DNA from: a virus
Taxonomy: Duplodnaviria > Caudoviricetes
IMG/VR virus record: IMGVR_UViG_3300022413_000014
Span: 1-55,978 of that record
Strand: one strand, 5' to 3'
DNA: 55,978 nt
Shown: piece after piece, positions 18,102 through 29,100 of the stretch
Layout: every line of letters begins with the position of its first letter
How positions within the stretch are numbered: position 1 is the stretch's first letter
Position numbers and translations under genes: made by a program
The notes under the pieces: generated by a model
Told to the model about the DNA's origin: nothing
What the model saw: only the letters and a program-made list of their open reading frames with translations
The model's database searches: none

Positions 18102-18520
18102 TTCGCTTTGCCCGTGACCTTTTCACCGGTGCGTAGCAGACCGAGGCCGAGGATGGGGCCGAGCAGCGCGACCACGTCGGCGGTCGACAGGCCCACGGCG
18201 GGCAAAGGTTTGCCGCCGGCAATGAATACGATATCGCTCATCAGCATGCGGATCGGCCACATGTAAGCCAGCGCCCAGCCACACACCCAGATGATGAACG
18301 GGCGGCCGCCAGCGACGAAGACCGAGCGATGCTGGGCCTGAAGGGCATTGACCGCCGTCTGCAGCTTGGCCGGCTCCTGGCGCAGCTTGGCGAGCACGAT
18401 CTTGGCCGCGTCCTTTTCTTCGCGTGACGTGTGCAGCTCATCGATCACCCCGCCAATGGCATCGATCGGCGCGGCGATGCCGGCCCCACCCACGCTAAAA
18501 ATCTTCGACCAGATTGACAT
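18098..18520 (-). CDS. Holin (3TM/GTA-type holin family)
   Basis: AQHRSVFVAGGRPFIIWVCG.ALAY...LGLGLLRT.EK signature. Confidence 0.85.
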   Translation of the reverse strand: MSIWSKIFSVGGAGIAAPIDAIGGVIDELHTSREEKDAAKIVLAKLRQEPAKLQTAVNALQAQHRSVFVAGGRPFIIWVCGWALAYMWPIRMLMSDIVFIAGGKPLPAVGLSTADVVALLGPILGLGLLRTGEKVTGKAK

Positions 18521-18531
18521 GGGCTTATCCC

Positions 18532-19083
18532 TTATTGGTGGTCAGACGGTGGGTCATGTGGCGGCAGCACGGTGAACGGTGGCGTTTCATAGGTGGTCTC
18601 GCGCGACATCATGCGCGCCGCCACCGTCGAGCCGTCGCCATCCGGGCAATCATAAGTGAGCCGGGAAATGATCTTCCAAAGGCCGGGCTGCATCAGCCCA
18701 TAATCGTCGGCATGAATCGGCGCGGTCGGCAAATTCAAGGCCAGTATCTGTTTTTTGCCCGGCCCCAATTGCAGCACAGGCCGTTGCTCGGAGAGGTAAT
18801 GCCAGCCGCGCTGCAGCTCCAGCATATGACGCACGACGCGCCCGTTTTCACAGTCGCCACGTCGTTTATCGAGGACCAATTCCACTTTATAAAGGCCGCC
18901 TAGGGCGACACGATCAAACGGCGCGCTGACGTCAATGATATGCACGGGATGGTCCAGGACCTTTGCATTGCGCAAATCGACCACGCCAAGCAAGGCACCA
19001 GCCCCGATGCCAAGGCCGGTTATTAGCCACAGCCAATGTCCAAGATCACGGCAATTGAACCAACGGGGATCAATTTTGATCAT
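18532..19083 (-). CDS. Membrane-anchored hypothetical protein in lysis cassette
   Basis: N-terminal TM followed by a soluble domain. Confidence 0.55.
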   Translation of the reverse strand: MIKIDPRWFNCRDLGHWLWLITGLGIGAGALLGVVDLRNAKVLDHPVHIIDVSAPFDRVALGGLYKVELVLDKRRGDCENGRVVRHMLELQRGWHYLSEQRPVLQLGPGKKQILALNLPTAPIHADDYGLMQPGLWKIISRLTYDCPDGDGSTVAARMMSRETTYETPPFTVLPPHDPPSDHQ

Positions 19084-19441
19084 GCTGGTCGCCATGACGC
19101 GCTTGCTTCGCCTGGACATCGCGCAGTGTGACATCCATCAGCCGCACCGTTTCTTGCAGCGTGTCGAGGCGGGTCGAGATGCGATTTTGCAGCGATTGCA
19201 GATTATCGAGACGCCAGCCCAGCTGCGCGATTTCCGTTTGCCGCTCGACTAAAATCTTCAGTTCGTTTTTGACATCGCGCAGTTCACTGGTCAGGTAGGT
19301 CTGGGCGGCTCTGATCTCAAAAACATACCAACTCGCCGCGATAAACGCGCCGATCACGACAATGATATTGACGCCGCCAAGGCCTTCGACAAGCCAGTGC
19401 GTCTTGCGCTCTCCCTGCTCGTTCATGGTCTGATCCGTCAT
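19070..19441 (-). CDS. TM plus coiled-coil protein in lysis cassette
   Basis: IIVVIGAFIAASWYVF followed by heptad-rich segment. Confidence 0.6.
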   Translation of the reverse strand: MTDQTMNEQGERKTHWLVEGLGGVNIIVVIGAFIAASWYVFEIRAAQTYLTSELRDVKNELKILVERQTEIAQLGWRLDNLQSLQNRISTRLDTLQETVRLMDVTLRDVQAKQARHGDQHDQN

Positions 19442-19446
19442 GGTTT

Positions 19447-19917
19447 CTAGCTAGCGTCATAGGTCCAAAACGCCGGATTTTTCCGGCCTACCCAACAGTC
19501 AAGATGAACAAAGCGTCCCAGAGGTTTGCCATGCTGAAGTGCGCCGATGCCGATGAAGCCGTAGCTGGGTGCGGCCTTGATCACTTCATAGGCTTCGGTA
19601 AAGCGCACCGCGAGGTCGACCGCCTGGCAGTCAGGGTGCGGTCCCACCAGGCTATTGGTCGAGGACACCGCCTGATTATGCTTGGGGGATCGGTAGCCCG
19701 AGGTGACCGGCAAGGGCACGGCGACGGCCGTGCGCATCGACTGCAGCCGGTCCATGAAATTGGGATCGATGAGCACGCACTGGGTGCCCTGACAGGCCAT
19801 CTCCTGGGGCGTAAAGCTCGGCCATAGCCATTCGCCGCGCTTGACCGCAGACGGACGCGCCCAGCGCCATAGCTCAGCCTGGTCAAGCCTGCGCTTGGTG
19901 ATTTCACGTGAAACCAT
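19447..19917 (-). CDS. Endolysin, peptidase M15A family
   Basis: F...EMAC, VTSGYRS..HN, H...QAVDL, FVHLD motifs. Confidence 0.85.
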   Translation of the reverse strand: MVSREITKRRLDQAELWRWARPSAVKRGEWLWPSFTPQEMACQGTQCVLIDPNFMDRLQSMRTAVAVPLPVTSGYRSPKHNQAVSSTNSLVGPHPDCQAVDLAVRFTEAYEVIKAAPSYGFIGIGALQHGKPLGRFVHLDCWVGRKNPAFWTYDAS

Positions 19918-20294
19918 CAGAAGCGCGCGGTCAGCTTGAAGGTGCCGGTCAGCGCCGGGTAGCGGTCGTTGGCCGCGTCCAGGATTTCCGCCTGATGATA
20001 GTAGGAGCCGGGCCAGAGTGATTTGGTGTCCGCCGGCAGGATCTCGACTTCGAAGATGCCGCCGGCCGCATTGGTGACCGTGACCCCTGAGCCCAGGGTT
20101 TTCGGGATGATCGCCGGGGCCTCGAAGTCCTTGTCGGGGCTGACACCATAGATGCCGTAATTGATTTCCTGAACATTGGTTAGGTCGGTGACGCTGCCAC
20201 CGGGGTCGGTCACCGCGACCGACAGCCGCACGGTGGCGTTGGGGTAAACCGGATCAGCGGCACTGGTGCCGACATTTTGGTTGACTGCCGTCAT
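19917..20294 (-). CDS. BppU-like structural protein
   Basis: DLT...G.FEVEILPADT..L.PGSYYHQAEI.D pattern. Confidence 0.55.
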   Translation of the reverse strand: MTAVNQNVGTSAADPVYPNATVRLSVAVTDPGGSVTDLTNVQEINYGIYGVSPDKDFEAPAIIPKTLGSGVTVTNAAGGIFEVEILPADTKSLWPGSYYHQAEILDAANDRYPALTGTFKLTARF

Positions 20295-20481
20295 CGCTCG
20301 CCTCGCTCCTGGCCATCTCTTTTCGGCCAAGACGATGAGCAAGCCTTTGAAGGCGTACAATCAATTCACCAAAGCGCTATCCACAATCATCTATGGCAAA
20401 TGATGCCCTCTCGGGATGTTTGAGATCTAGCCCGCGTTCCCTGAACCTCGCTCGAAAGTCCATGCAAGAAGCGGGGTTCCC

Positions 20482-22074
20482 ATGGTTGCTGTCGACAAGA
20501 TTGACTCAAATGTAACCGGCCTTTCGATCGCACGCGAAGCCTCCAATGGGGTCCTCCCCGGCTCGCCGATCTGGATCGCGATGCAGCCCAATGAATACGG
20601 CAATTTCGGTGCGGCGCTCACCACCACCGCCCGAACCCCGATCAGTCGGCTGCGCCAGAACCGAAAGGGTGTCACCACAGACTTCGATGCGGCAGCGTCG
20701 TTCGGTCAAGACCTGACGATGTACAGCTTTGCCGACCTTTGGCCGGGCATGATGCTCGCCAACACCAAGAAAACGCCAACCTTTGGCGGGCGCAATGAGG
20801 CGACCACGGTCACGGCGGTGACTGCCAATACCATCGATTTCGGTACTGATGCCGCCACCCTCGGCTTTGTGGTCGGCATGCTGATCCATACCGAAGGCTT
20901 CGGCGCGGCCGCCAACAACATCGTGGGCACGGCCTACCGCGAGATCACGGCGGTTACCGCCAACACCATCACAGCAGCCGGCTATGTAACCGAGGCGACG
21001 CCGCCGCAAGACGCGATCGTGCGCGTGATCGGCTTTGCCTTCCCCACCTCTGATGTTGATGTCGCCAGGCCAGCGAGTGACTTTCCGCGTTTGACCGCAG
21101 CCGCCACAGACATGACTGATTTCGGTCTGGAGATCGGCGATTGGGTGCGCGTCGGAGGGGCGGTCACCGCGAATCAGTTCGATGATGCCGGCAATACCAC
21201 CTTTGCTCGGGTCGGGCAGGCCGTGACCGCCACCGACATGATTTTTGATCTGACCACCGGCGGCACCGATGCCTCGACCGAGATGACCGCCGAGGTCGGC
21301 ACCGGCAAGGACATCACCATTTTCTTCGGCAACGTCAACCGCAATGTCTCAGCCGATAATGCCGACTTCGCGCAGATCACCTACCACATGGAGCGCTCGC
21401 TTGGTGAAGCCGATGACACCAACGGCGAGGTGCAGGGCGAGGTGGTCGCAGGCGCGCTGTTCAACAACGCCACGATCAACGTGCCGACTGCCGACAAGAT
21501 CGCCGTCGATACCGAGTTTCTGGCGACGTCCGTAACCAACTACACGGGGGCTGTCGGCGACGAGCTGCCCACCGATGGCGCGACCATCAACGAGCTAGAG
21601 AATTCAGACGCGTTCAACACCACCGACAACGTGCCTGACATCCGGCTGTTCCTGCGCTCGACTGATCCGGCGGCGGTGGTGCCATCGGCGTTCTTCGCCT
21701 ATGTGGCTGAGGTCACCATGAACGTGTCCAACAACGCCACAGCGAACAAAGCGGTCGGTGTGCTCGGGGCGTTCGCGGTCACCGCCGGCAACTTTACGGT
21801 GTCGTCCGAGATGACCGGCTATTTCCAGAACGTTACCTCGTTGAACGCGGTGGTGAATAACTCGGATGTCGGTCTGTTCGCGCTGATCAAGCAGACCTTG
21901 GCAGGCCGTCCTGCGGCGCTGTTGATGGATCTGCCGTTCGGATCGGTGACCACGCCAGGCTTGAACGTCGTTGGCGATGCGCCTATCACCGCACCTCTAA
22001 CGCTAGAAAGCGCTGTTGATCCTGTAAGCAGCCGAACCATGACCATCGTTGAGTTTTGGGGGCTGCCCGTCTAA
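20482..22074 (+). CDS. Major tail tube protein
   Basis: DSNVTGLSIARE...G.LPGSP.W...PN.Y..FG...AR.PI...RQ.RKG..TD; followed by frameshifted chaperone pair. Confidence 0.8.
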   Translation: MVAVDKIDSNVTGLSIAREASNGVLPGSPIWIAMQPNEYGNFGAALTTTARTPISRLRQNRKGVTTDFDAAASFGQDLTMYSFADLWPGMMLANTKKTPTFGGRNEATTVTAVTANTIDFGTDAATLGFVVGMLIHTEGFGAAANNIVGTAYREITAVTANTITAAGYVTEATPPQDAIVRVIGFAFPTSDVDVARPASDFPRLTAAATDMTDFGLEIGDWVRVGGAVTANQFDDAGNTTFARVGQAVTATDMIFDLTTGGTDASTEMTAEVGTGKDITIFFGNVNRNVSADNADFAQITYHMERSLGEADDTNGEVQGEVVAGALFNNATINVPTADKIAVDTEFLATSVTNYTGAVGDELPTDGATINELENSDAFNTTDNVPDIRLFLRSTDPAAVVPSAFFAYVAEVTMNVSNNATANKAVGVLGAFAVTAGNFTVSSEMTGYFQNVTSLNAVVNNSDVGLFALIKQTLAGRPAALLMDLPFGSVTTPGLNVVGDAPITAPLTLESAVDPVSSRTMTIVEFWGLPV

Positions 22075-22085
22075 GCGGAGAAATC

Positions 22086-22646
22086 ATGCCCCAAACCCGA
22101 GCTAACGGAAAAGACCGCAGCAGCATCGCGGCGGCGGTTGGTAGCCTACACGTCCAGAAGACCGAGCTTTTGGAATTGGGAACGATCTGGATCGAGCTTC
22201 TGATTCCGAACCCGTCCAACCAAACCTTTCGCGCTCGGGCCGTCCAGATGAAGGACAAGCTGGATGCGCTCAAGGATGTCTCGGTCGATAACCTCTCGGC
22301 CTTTGTCGACGAGGATGGCCAGTTCACCGATGACGTGATCGAGCTGATCCATACCATCTACATTGAGGACTGGGGTGGCTATGACGACAAGGGCAAGCGC
22401 GTGCCGCTCTACGATGCCGATGGTGATCCGGTGCCCTGCACCCTAGATGAATTCAGCTCGGTGGTGCGTGACATGGACGGCGGTAGCGAGCTGTTCATGG
22501 CGATCCAGCAGCATGTCGCTAAGCTGAACGCCGGGAAGATCCAGGTGGCGAGTGCGGAAAAAAACTCTTCCGAGGTATCGCCCACGCCGCGCGCCTCGGC
22601 TCCCAGCCGGCGGACCCGAAAAGGCCCAAGGCGGGCACGCGCCTAG
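22086..22646 (+). CDS. Tail assembly chaperone (gpG-like)
   Basis: GGAG SD, ATG 22086; IEDWGG motif; slippery site near the 3' end. Confidence 0.75.
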   Translation: MPQTRANGKDRSSIAAAVGSLHVQKTELLELGTIWIELLIPNPSNQTFRARAVQMKDKLDALKDVSVDNLSAFVDEDGQFTDDVIELIHTIYIEDWGGYDDKGKRVPLYDADGDPVPCTLDEFSSVVRDMDGGSELFMAIQQHVAKLNAGKIQVASAEKNSSEVSPTPRASAPSRRTRKGPRRARA

Positions 22647-22957
22647 AAGCCATCAGGGCGGTTCAGCGCCAAGCCGCCGCCCATGGCCAAGATTTCAACA
22701 ATCCGATTTTGGACGCGCTCGATCAGGTCGAGCCGTGGATGGAATTCTATTTTGCCGCCAAGGCCGAGCTAAACACCTGCGTTGGCCCGGTCGGCAAGAT
22801 CCCCTGGACCGCGATCAATGACTACGCCATCGCCTATGGGCTATCGCTTGATGAGATGGACGACCTAACACGCATGATCCGGGCCATGGAAGATGGGGTC
22901 AGCGATGCCGAGGACGCGCTCAAGGACGAAAAGCCCGCCGATGGCAAAAAGTCATGA
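22086..22957 (+). CDS. Tail assembly chaperone gpGT-like -1 frameshift product
   Basis: A AAA AAC at 22559-22565; -1 frame open into the IPWTAINDYA..YG ORF ending 22957. Confidence 0.7.
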
Positions 22958-23371
22958 TGACAAATTTTGGCCAAACTTGCGCAAAATGTGTTTTTTCATT
23001 CTGTTGGCGTTGCCAATTTGCGATTCTGCTGGTGATCGGAGCTGATGCTCCTTAGCCAAACATTCCTCTCGGGTCATGTCGTCGAGCTTAACGAACTTCC
23101 TTCTGCCATTGCGCATCACCGGAAACCGGGTAGAGAGACCGTTAATCCCAGGCAGCATACCCTGGTCTGTTGCGTTCGCTTTATTGGCTTTCTGAACCAT
23201 CTTTTCAAACGCCAAGGACACGGCGTAATCAATGCAGGCTTCCGCCATCCTAGGGTCATCCTTGACCGTGCCTTTAGCGCGTTCACAAAGGTCCCTAATA
23301 TCGAGGTCCCCGTGGCCGTCAGAATTAGCTAGGTGCATGGCCGCAATTTCGATAACACGTCGGTAGCTCAC
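22952..23371 (-). CDS. Hypothetical protein (moron-like)
   Basis: 139 aa, more AT-rich than flanks. Confidence 0.5.
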   Translation of the reverse strand: MSYRRVIEIAAMHLANSDGHGDLDIRDLCERAKGTVKDDPRMAEACIDYAVSLAFEKMVQKANKANATDQGMLPGINGLSTRFPVMRNGRRKFVKLDDMTREECLAKEHQLRSPAESQIGNANRMKKHILRKFGQNLSS

Positions 23372-23542
23372 GGCTTAGAGCCTCTTCTTGATCATCATCC
23401 AGGGATGACTTTAATCTCACCACCTTGGAATCGATAGGGCCGAACCTCCCATCGGAAGTCCGGCCCGGTCCAGCTTTATGGTGAGAGCACAAAGGTAGGA
23501 CAATCCCTTATTCGCTGAAGACCTGCGTCACGTCAACTCCAG

Positions 23543-24076
23543 CTACGCGCCGAAGCGCTCGCCCGCATTCACAGTATCGACGAAATTGAAAAAGGTGTCG
23601 TTTTGGTCGAACCTTGCCTGATCGGCTGCCGAGAGGCGAAGATCATTCGAGCGGTCGATCTCGGCGAATACGCTGTCAATCTTGACGGCAACGTCACTGC
23701 CCTGGTCATCCTCGACGATCTGAATGTCCTGCATGGTGCCGAAGATCAGGGTCTCTGAGGCTTCGACCACGCCAGCGGCGTTGATGTTGCCGAGACGGAT
23801 GCGGGCATCACGGCATTGGAATTGCTCGGTCAGCCCCGCGTTCCTGATTTCGTCGGCAGCCCCGCTGATCTGTGCGGCAATGTCGAGTGACGATTGCTCC
23901 AGACTTTGCCGGATGGCCAACGCGCCGGTAATGCCAGCTAGAGGTTGATAGGTGGTGCCGTCAAACTCGCCTTCGAAAGGGCGCGTCCATAAGCTGATGG
24001 TGCCGCTATCGAAAAACAGATCGACCAGCACCACGGGCTTTTGCTGGAGCGCAAAGCTGTCGGTGAGCGCGGTCAT
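23543..24076 (-). CDS. Minor tail (tip) protein
   Basis: LVDLFFDSGTISLWT..F..E.DGTTY..L; DQ....ND.FF.FV. Confidence 0.65.
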   Translation of the reverse strand: MTALTDSFALQQKPVVLVDLFFDSGTISLWTRPFEGEFDGTTYQPLAGITGALAIRQSLEQSSLDIAAQISGAADEIRNAGLTEQFQCRDARIRLGNINAAGVVEASETLIFGTMQDIQIVEDDQGSDVAVKIDSVFAEIDRSNDLRLSAADQARFDQNDTFFNFVDTVNAGERFGA

Positions 24077-24312
24077 TCGACCGCCTGCCAGGTCAGGCGC
24101 GATGACGTGCTCGTGGCGTTGCTAATACGAAAACCGATGTCATCGTCGATTAGGGTGAAGCTGCCGGCGATCACATGGCTATCCTTGACGCAAAGCTGAT
24201 AGCTGCCGCCACCGAGCGGTTTGATCTTGACCGGCTTGGCGTTCCAGTAATGCGGGCCGCCCCGGCCATGGCGCACGAGATAGCCCCAAACATTCATCGG
24301 CGGCATGGTCAT
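24073..24312 (-). CDS. Hypothetical protein
   Basis: ATGA overlaps on both sides. Confidence 0.5.
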   Translation of the reverse strand: MTMPPMNVWGYLVRHGRGGPHYWNAKPVKIKPLGGGSYQLCVKDSHVIAGSFTLIDDDIGFRISNATSTSSRLTWQAVE

Positions 24313-25121
24313 GGCACGTATCGCTGCAGATATTGATCATCGAGCGAGATCTGAAACGGGCTTGTCATCCACACGGCAAAGACAGGCCCCTGATAAGGCG
24401 AGTTGTCGGTCAAATCGAGCGGGTCATAGATGTTGCCGACCACGAAGTCACCCGCCGCGTCACTCGCCTTGGTGGAACTGCCGCTGGCGGTTGTGACCGT
24501 GCCGGTTTCAACGAACGAGCTGCCATTCCACAGGCGGAACGTCCCCGAATTGCTGGTATTGCCACCATCATAGCGAATCGAACCGAGCACGAGATCATCG
24601 ACGCTGAAAAATCCGCTGGCTTCCAGCAGCCAAAATGCGCCATTGCTCATGTAATGTCGGAACAAAATCGTACCATCCGGGGAAAGCCGAAGAACCCAGC
24701 CCTCATCTAGGCCGAAGCTGTAGCGTTTGGACGCGATGGTAGAGGGAAGGTTGAAGGTAAAGTCGGCGGTTCGATCCCAGCGTGCGGCAAAGCTGATCGC
24801 CTTGGTGCCCGAGCCGAAAAAGAAATCATCAAGCGCGCCCGCAGATGACCCTATCTTCCGATTGATCGGGTCCGGCGCGGTCGTCTCTTCAAATGAAATA
24901 CCGTCAAAGCCATTTTGGGTGTTGCTTTCCAATTCCGGCCCCGGTTGCACGCCCAATTGGCTCAGCACGATCGATGATTTCTGATCCGTCCAGGTGTCGA
25001 CCTCGCCACCGGTATCGGCGACACTGGTTTCCGACTCCCAAAACGCCACCAGATTACTGTAATTGAGCGGCGTGCCGCCGCCAGCGGCAGCGACCGAGCC
25101 GAGCTGTCCAGGAAATGGCAT
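24309..25121 (-). CDS. Lectin/LamG-like tail-associated protein
   Basis: LVAFW...V..W.DQ.S, NG..G..F; beta-sandwich-like composition. Confidence 0.55.
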   Translation of the reverse strand: MPFPGQLGSVAAAGGGTPLNYSNLVAFWESETSVADTGGEVDTWTDQKSSIVLSQLGVQPGPELESNTQNGFDGISFEETTAPDPINRKIGSSAGALDDFFFGSGTKAISFAARWDRTADFTFNLPSTIASKRYSFGLDEGWVLRLSPDGTILFRHYMSNGAFWLLEASGFFSVDDLVLGSIRYDGGNTSNSGTFRLWNGSSFVETGTVTTASGSSTKASDAAGDFVVGNIYDPLDLTDNSPYQGPVFAVWMTSPFQISLDDQYLQRYVP

Positions 25122-26041
25122 TAGCTATTCTGCCCGTAAATAAATACGCGGGTCGTGGTGACATATTCGACCGTGCAGACCTTCTGCTGACCCAAGGTCA
25201 AGCCACCGGCAGCGATGGTGACGCCGCCACCGGCCGCAAAGGTAATGTCGGCGGTGCCGTCGTTCATGATCGGGTAGACCTCGCCGGCCGTGCCCGTGTT
25301 GATGGTCCAGGTGGACGCGGATGAGCCGGTGAAGCGGTTGCGCTCGCCACGGGTGACGCCGGTCGGAACGGTCACAGACGTGCCGGTCTCAGGGTCCTCA
25401 GTAAAGGTCGCTTTCTCGGTCTCGATCAGGCTAGCGACCGTGGTGCCGCCCTGCTCTAGCGTGGTCGCGTTGAAGGTCCCGGTAACCGTGACCTCGTCGC
25501 CGATGGTGATCTTATTGGTAAGGGAACCGCCACGAATGACGCCGAGATCGGCCTCCGTGTCCTCCGAGGCGTCGGTGTTGTCGGTCACCCTAAGATCGAG
25601 CGAAAACCCGATGGTGTCCTCATTGGCGACGTTCTCGAAGCCGAGATCCAAAAACGACGCCAGACCGGTATCGATATCGCTTCTGACCACCAGAGAGGCG
25701 GTGCCGCCGGTGACGTCGATGATCTGTGACGCGGTAAACGGGTCGGTATTGCTGAGCGAAACCACAGCAGCAGCCTGCGAAAACAGCTTGACTCCCGTAC
25801 TGGCATCGATCTCGGCGACTTTGTCCCAGGCGGTGTTAGCCTGGTTCCTCATGTTCAGCTCGGGCGGAGTCTGGCTGGTGTCGATCCACCACATACCATC
25901 AAAGGTCGTGGACGGGGCCGTGGTGCCTGAATTCTTGGTCAGGATGCCGTCGAAGTAATCGGCCTCATTGGTCCTGATGGCCGTGCCGGACGCGCCGGAC
26001 GGTTGGCTGTAGTCGCTATCGGTCGGCTGTGACATGGACAA
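25121..26041 (-). CDS. Tail fibre-like protein
   Basis: NSGTTAPSTTFDGMWWIDTS...MRN.AN.AW fibre-root motif; Thr-rich. Confidence 0.65.
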   Translation of the reverse strand: MSMSQPTDSDYSQPSGASGTAIRTNEADYFDGILTKNSGTTAPSTTFDGMWWIDTSQTPPELNMRNQANTAWDKVAEIDASTGVKLFSQAAAVVSLSNTDPFTASQIIDVTGGTASLVVRSDIDTGLASFLDLGFENVANEDTIGFSLDLRVTDNTDASEDTEADLGVIRGGSLTNKITIGDEVTVTGTFNATTLEQGGTTVASLIETEKATFTEDPETGTSVTVPTGVTRGERNRFTGSSASTWTINTGTAGEVYPIMNDGTADITFAAGGGVTIAAGGLTLGQQKVCTVEYVTTTRVFIYGQNS

Positions 26042-26140
26042 GCCCGCATGTGGTCAACCCAGTTGCGCCGAGATTGGCGGTCCTTTGCGCGGGATCAAAA
26101 GAAACCGGCTAGCATCATCGATGCTTAATGGTGCGATCGC

Positions 26141-29100
26141 CTAGACATCGACCGGTAGCTCGCGCGCGACGATGCGCAGCTCGGTGATACGGATGTTGAC
26201 GGTCGGCACCAGCGATTTGGCCTTAAGCCTAAATTCCCAGGAGCGATGGTTGAAGATGCGCGATTCCAGGCGCTCCCACGGGCCGAAGGTGTCGGCGGCG
26301 GCAGCGTCAGGGCTATAGCGCGCCTCGATGAAAGCGGTCGCCTGGCCAACCTGGGCGGTGCCAGCACCGATCGCGTCGATATTGGGGATCAGGTCGATAT
26401 TGTCGATCGAATCGATGCCGGTGGCGACGTCGACCACCTCGGTGGTGACCACGGACTCGAGCAGCACGCGGGCGCGGGCGGACAGGTCGATGTTGGTGGC
26501 GAAGAAGTACAGGCCTTCAGGGGCGACCGAGTTCGAGGCCGGAATCGCGTCGATGTCGGTCACCGTGTCGATGTCGGTAATGCTGTCGATGCCACCTTCG
26601 AGCGGCAGGGTCAGCCAGTCGTTGGGGTCATCCTCAACGAGGGTATTGCTAGGATTGGTCGACGGGAATGTCGGGTCCTCTTGAATGGTGATCTGGTCAA
26701 GCGTCGAGTTGTTGGCGTCGAACACGCCGCCGGTAATGGTCTGGCCAAACGGCACGGGCCTGACGCCATCGGTGGACCACTCGGCAAAGCCCGAACTATT
26801 GCCGGTCTGATCGATGAAGCGGATGTAATAGGTACCGAGCACGAATGGCACCTGCACCACGGCAGCGTCACCGCTGATGATGGCGAGGTCGCGGGAATCG
26901 CCGGACTTGCCGCCCGCATCATCGGACTGATGGCGGATCTCGACCACGCCGCCCTGGCGCACGTCCAGGTCAACCGACCGATCCCATTGCAGGATGATGC
27001 CGGCGCTCAGCGTGATCTGACCGTTGAACCCGGTGGGGTCCGATGGCGGGGCCGATAGGCCCAAGATCTCAATATTCGACGTGGTCGCAAAGTCACTTTC
27101 AAGTCCAAGAGTGTTAAGCGCAACAACGCGGAAAGTATAGACGCCGGGCGACAAGTCTTTAATCACAACTTCAAGGTCTGGCGTCTTCGGCAAGAAAGTA
27201 AAGTTGACGTCGGCGTCTTCTTTATAGGACACGACATAGCTCTCGACAAAACCGCCCTCCGAGGGGGTCCAGGTGACGGTCGCGAGGGTGCGCACGCCAG
27301 CGCCTTCCGAGGTCGAGAACAGGCTTTCGGTGACCAGCGGGTTGCCAGGGGTGCCGACGTTGAACGGCGACTCGATGCCGGGAATGCGCGTTTCCTCAAC
27401 CAGTTGCTCATCGCTAGCGCTCAGATCGAAGGTTGAGGATTCCAGCTGCCGTCCGGTGACGTCGATGCCGATCGTGGGCACATCATCGGCAATCTCGACG
27501 AACAGGGTATGGTCGCGCACTTCGAAGGTGGTGTTGACGTCGAGGCCCAGCGATGGCTTGTCGAGTGTGAAAATCGTGCCGGGGGAAAGACGGTAGAGGC
27601 TGAGATCGCCCGAAAACGAGACGGTTCGTTCTTGGCGACTGCGCCGAAGCCGGATCAGCGCTTGACGTTGAGCAACGCCGGCCTTGCCTGTGAATGGCAG
27701 GTCAAAACGCCCCGGTGCGGCCTTGCCGTTGTCCAACACCTGATAGATGCCGCCGCCGTCGACCGTGGGGTAGTCCTTGGGCGTGAACAAGTTCAGGGCT
27801 GAATTGTAGATGCCGGTGAGCGCGGTGACGCGTTCGGATGAGGGCAGCCGGTTGTTCAGGGAGATCGCGCCTAGGATATCATCCTCGGTGACCGTTTCGG
27901 TTGAGACCGGGAAGGACGTCTGCGTGATCGCGATCTTGCCGTCACTGATATACAGAGACGCGCTGCAGCTTTCCAAGATCTTCTGGACGACCGATGACAG
28001 CACCTCGTTCGACTTGTAGGTAAAGCCGGACATATGCCGGATTTCCGCGACCTTTCTGACATCGATATCGGTGGTGCGCGTCCCCTGCAGGATATAGGTG
28101 CCATCGAGCGCATCGTTGAGCGAAGCCGCCAACGCGACCGCAGGGAATTGGAAGTTGTTGATCCTGTGGCGGATCGGGATGACGTGATAGCGCGTTCCGG
28201 GTGAGAAATTGGGCGGCATGCTTTGCCCTGCCGAAGCCACGACCTCAACCACATCGCCATAGGTGAAGGGGGTCACGCCTTGATTGAACTCGAATAGATG
28301 ATTGGCAAACGACTTGTTGGTGTCGGTGGTGACCAAGGCGGTGCGCGTGACGTTGGGAACGTCAAGCTCCATGTCCGCCCAATTGGCCCCAGCTGAAAAC
28401 GTCGTGCTGTCGATCGAGGCCGGGTCAATCTCGGCACCGCCGATGGCCTTGTCCTTGGTCAGCAGGTCATAGAGCTGGACATAGGGGTTGAAGCTCCAGC
28501 CAGCGGTCGAGGTGCGCGGGTCAACAGCCTTGCGTAGGCGCGCGAGCACGGTGACCTCGGGGTCGCCTTCGAACCGCCCCTGAATGAAGACCCACTTCGA
28601 ATAGGTGTAGGCGATGCCAGTGCCGACAAAGGTCGAGTCCGCGTCGGTCTCGTCGACGAACGGCTGAATGAAGGTCTGCCCGGGCGCGCCCAGACGCGGG
28701 ATGATCTTGGCTCCGATCGGGTCGCCTTTGCCGTCAACACCCGTGCCGGAAAAACGGCCTGATGTGATCGTCCCTTCAGGCTGCGGGATGCCATTCTTGA
28801 TCAAACCCTGATTGCCCGGAAAGTCCCCGGGAAACACCACGCCCTGCGATCCGCTCGGGCTTCCGAACACCACATAGGCCGAGATCCCGTCGATCTCGTC
28901 GGCGGTGATGGTGTTGATCAGATGCAAGGCCCCGCTGCTGTCGATCTCACGAAAAACCTTCTCGGTATCGACTCTGACATAGCCATAGCCATAAGTGCGC
29001 GGCTGCGATGTCCCGGACTGCTCAGCCTGGAGTTCGGCGACCCCGGCACGCAGCGCTCGGGTTAGGCGATCGGCACGGGTCACAGTGATCCGCGAGGTCA

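Noticed and set aside
20377-20385. DnaA-box-like CTATCCACA in the divergent late intergenic region
   Set aside because: Single one-mismatch 9-mer, expected by chance
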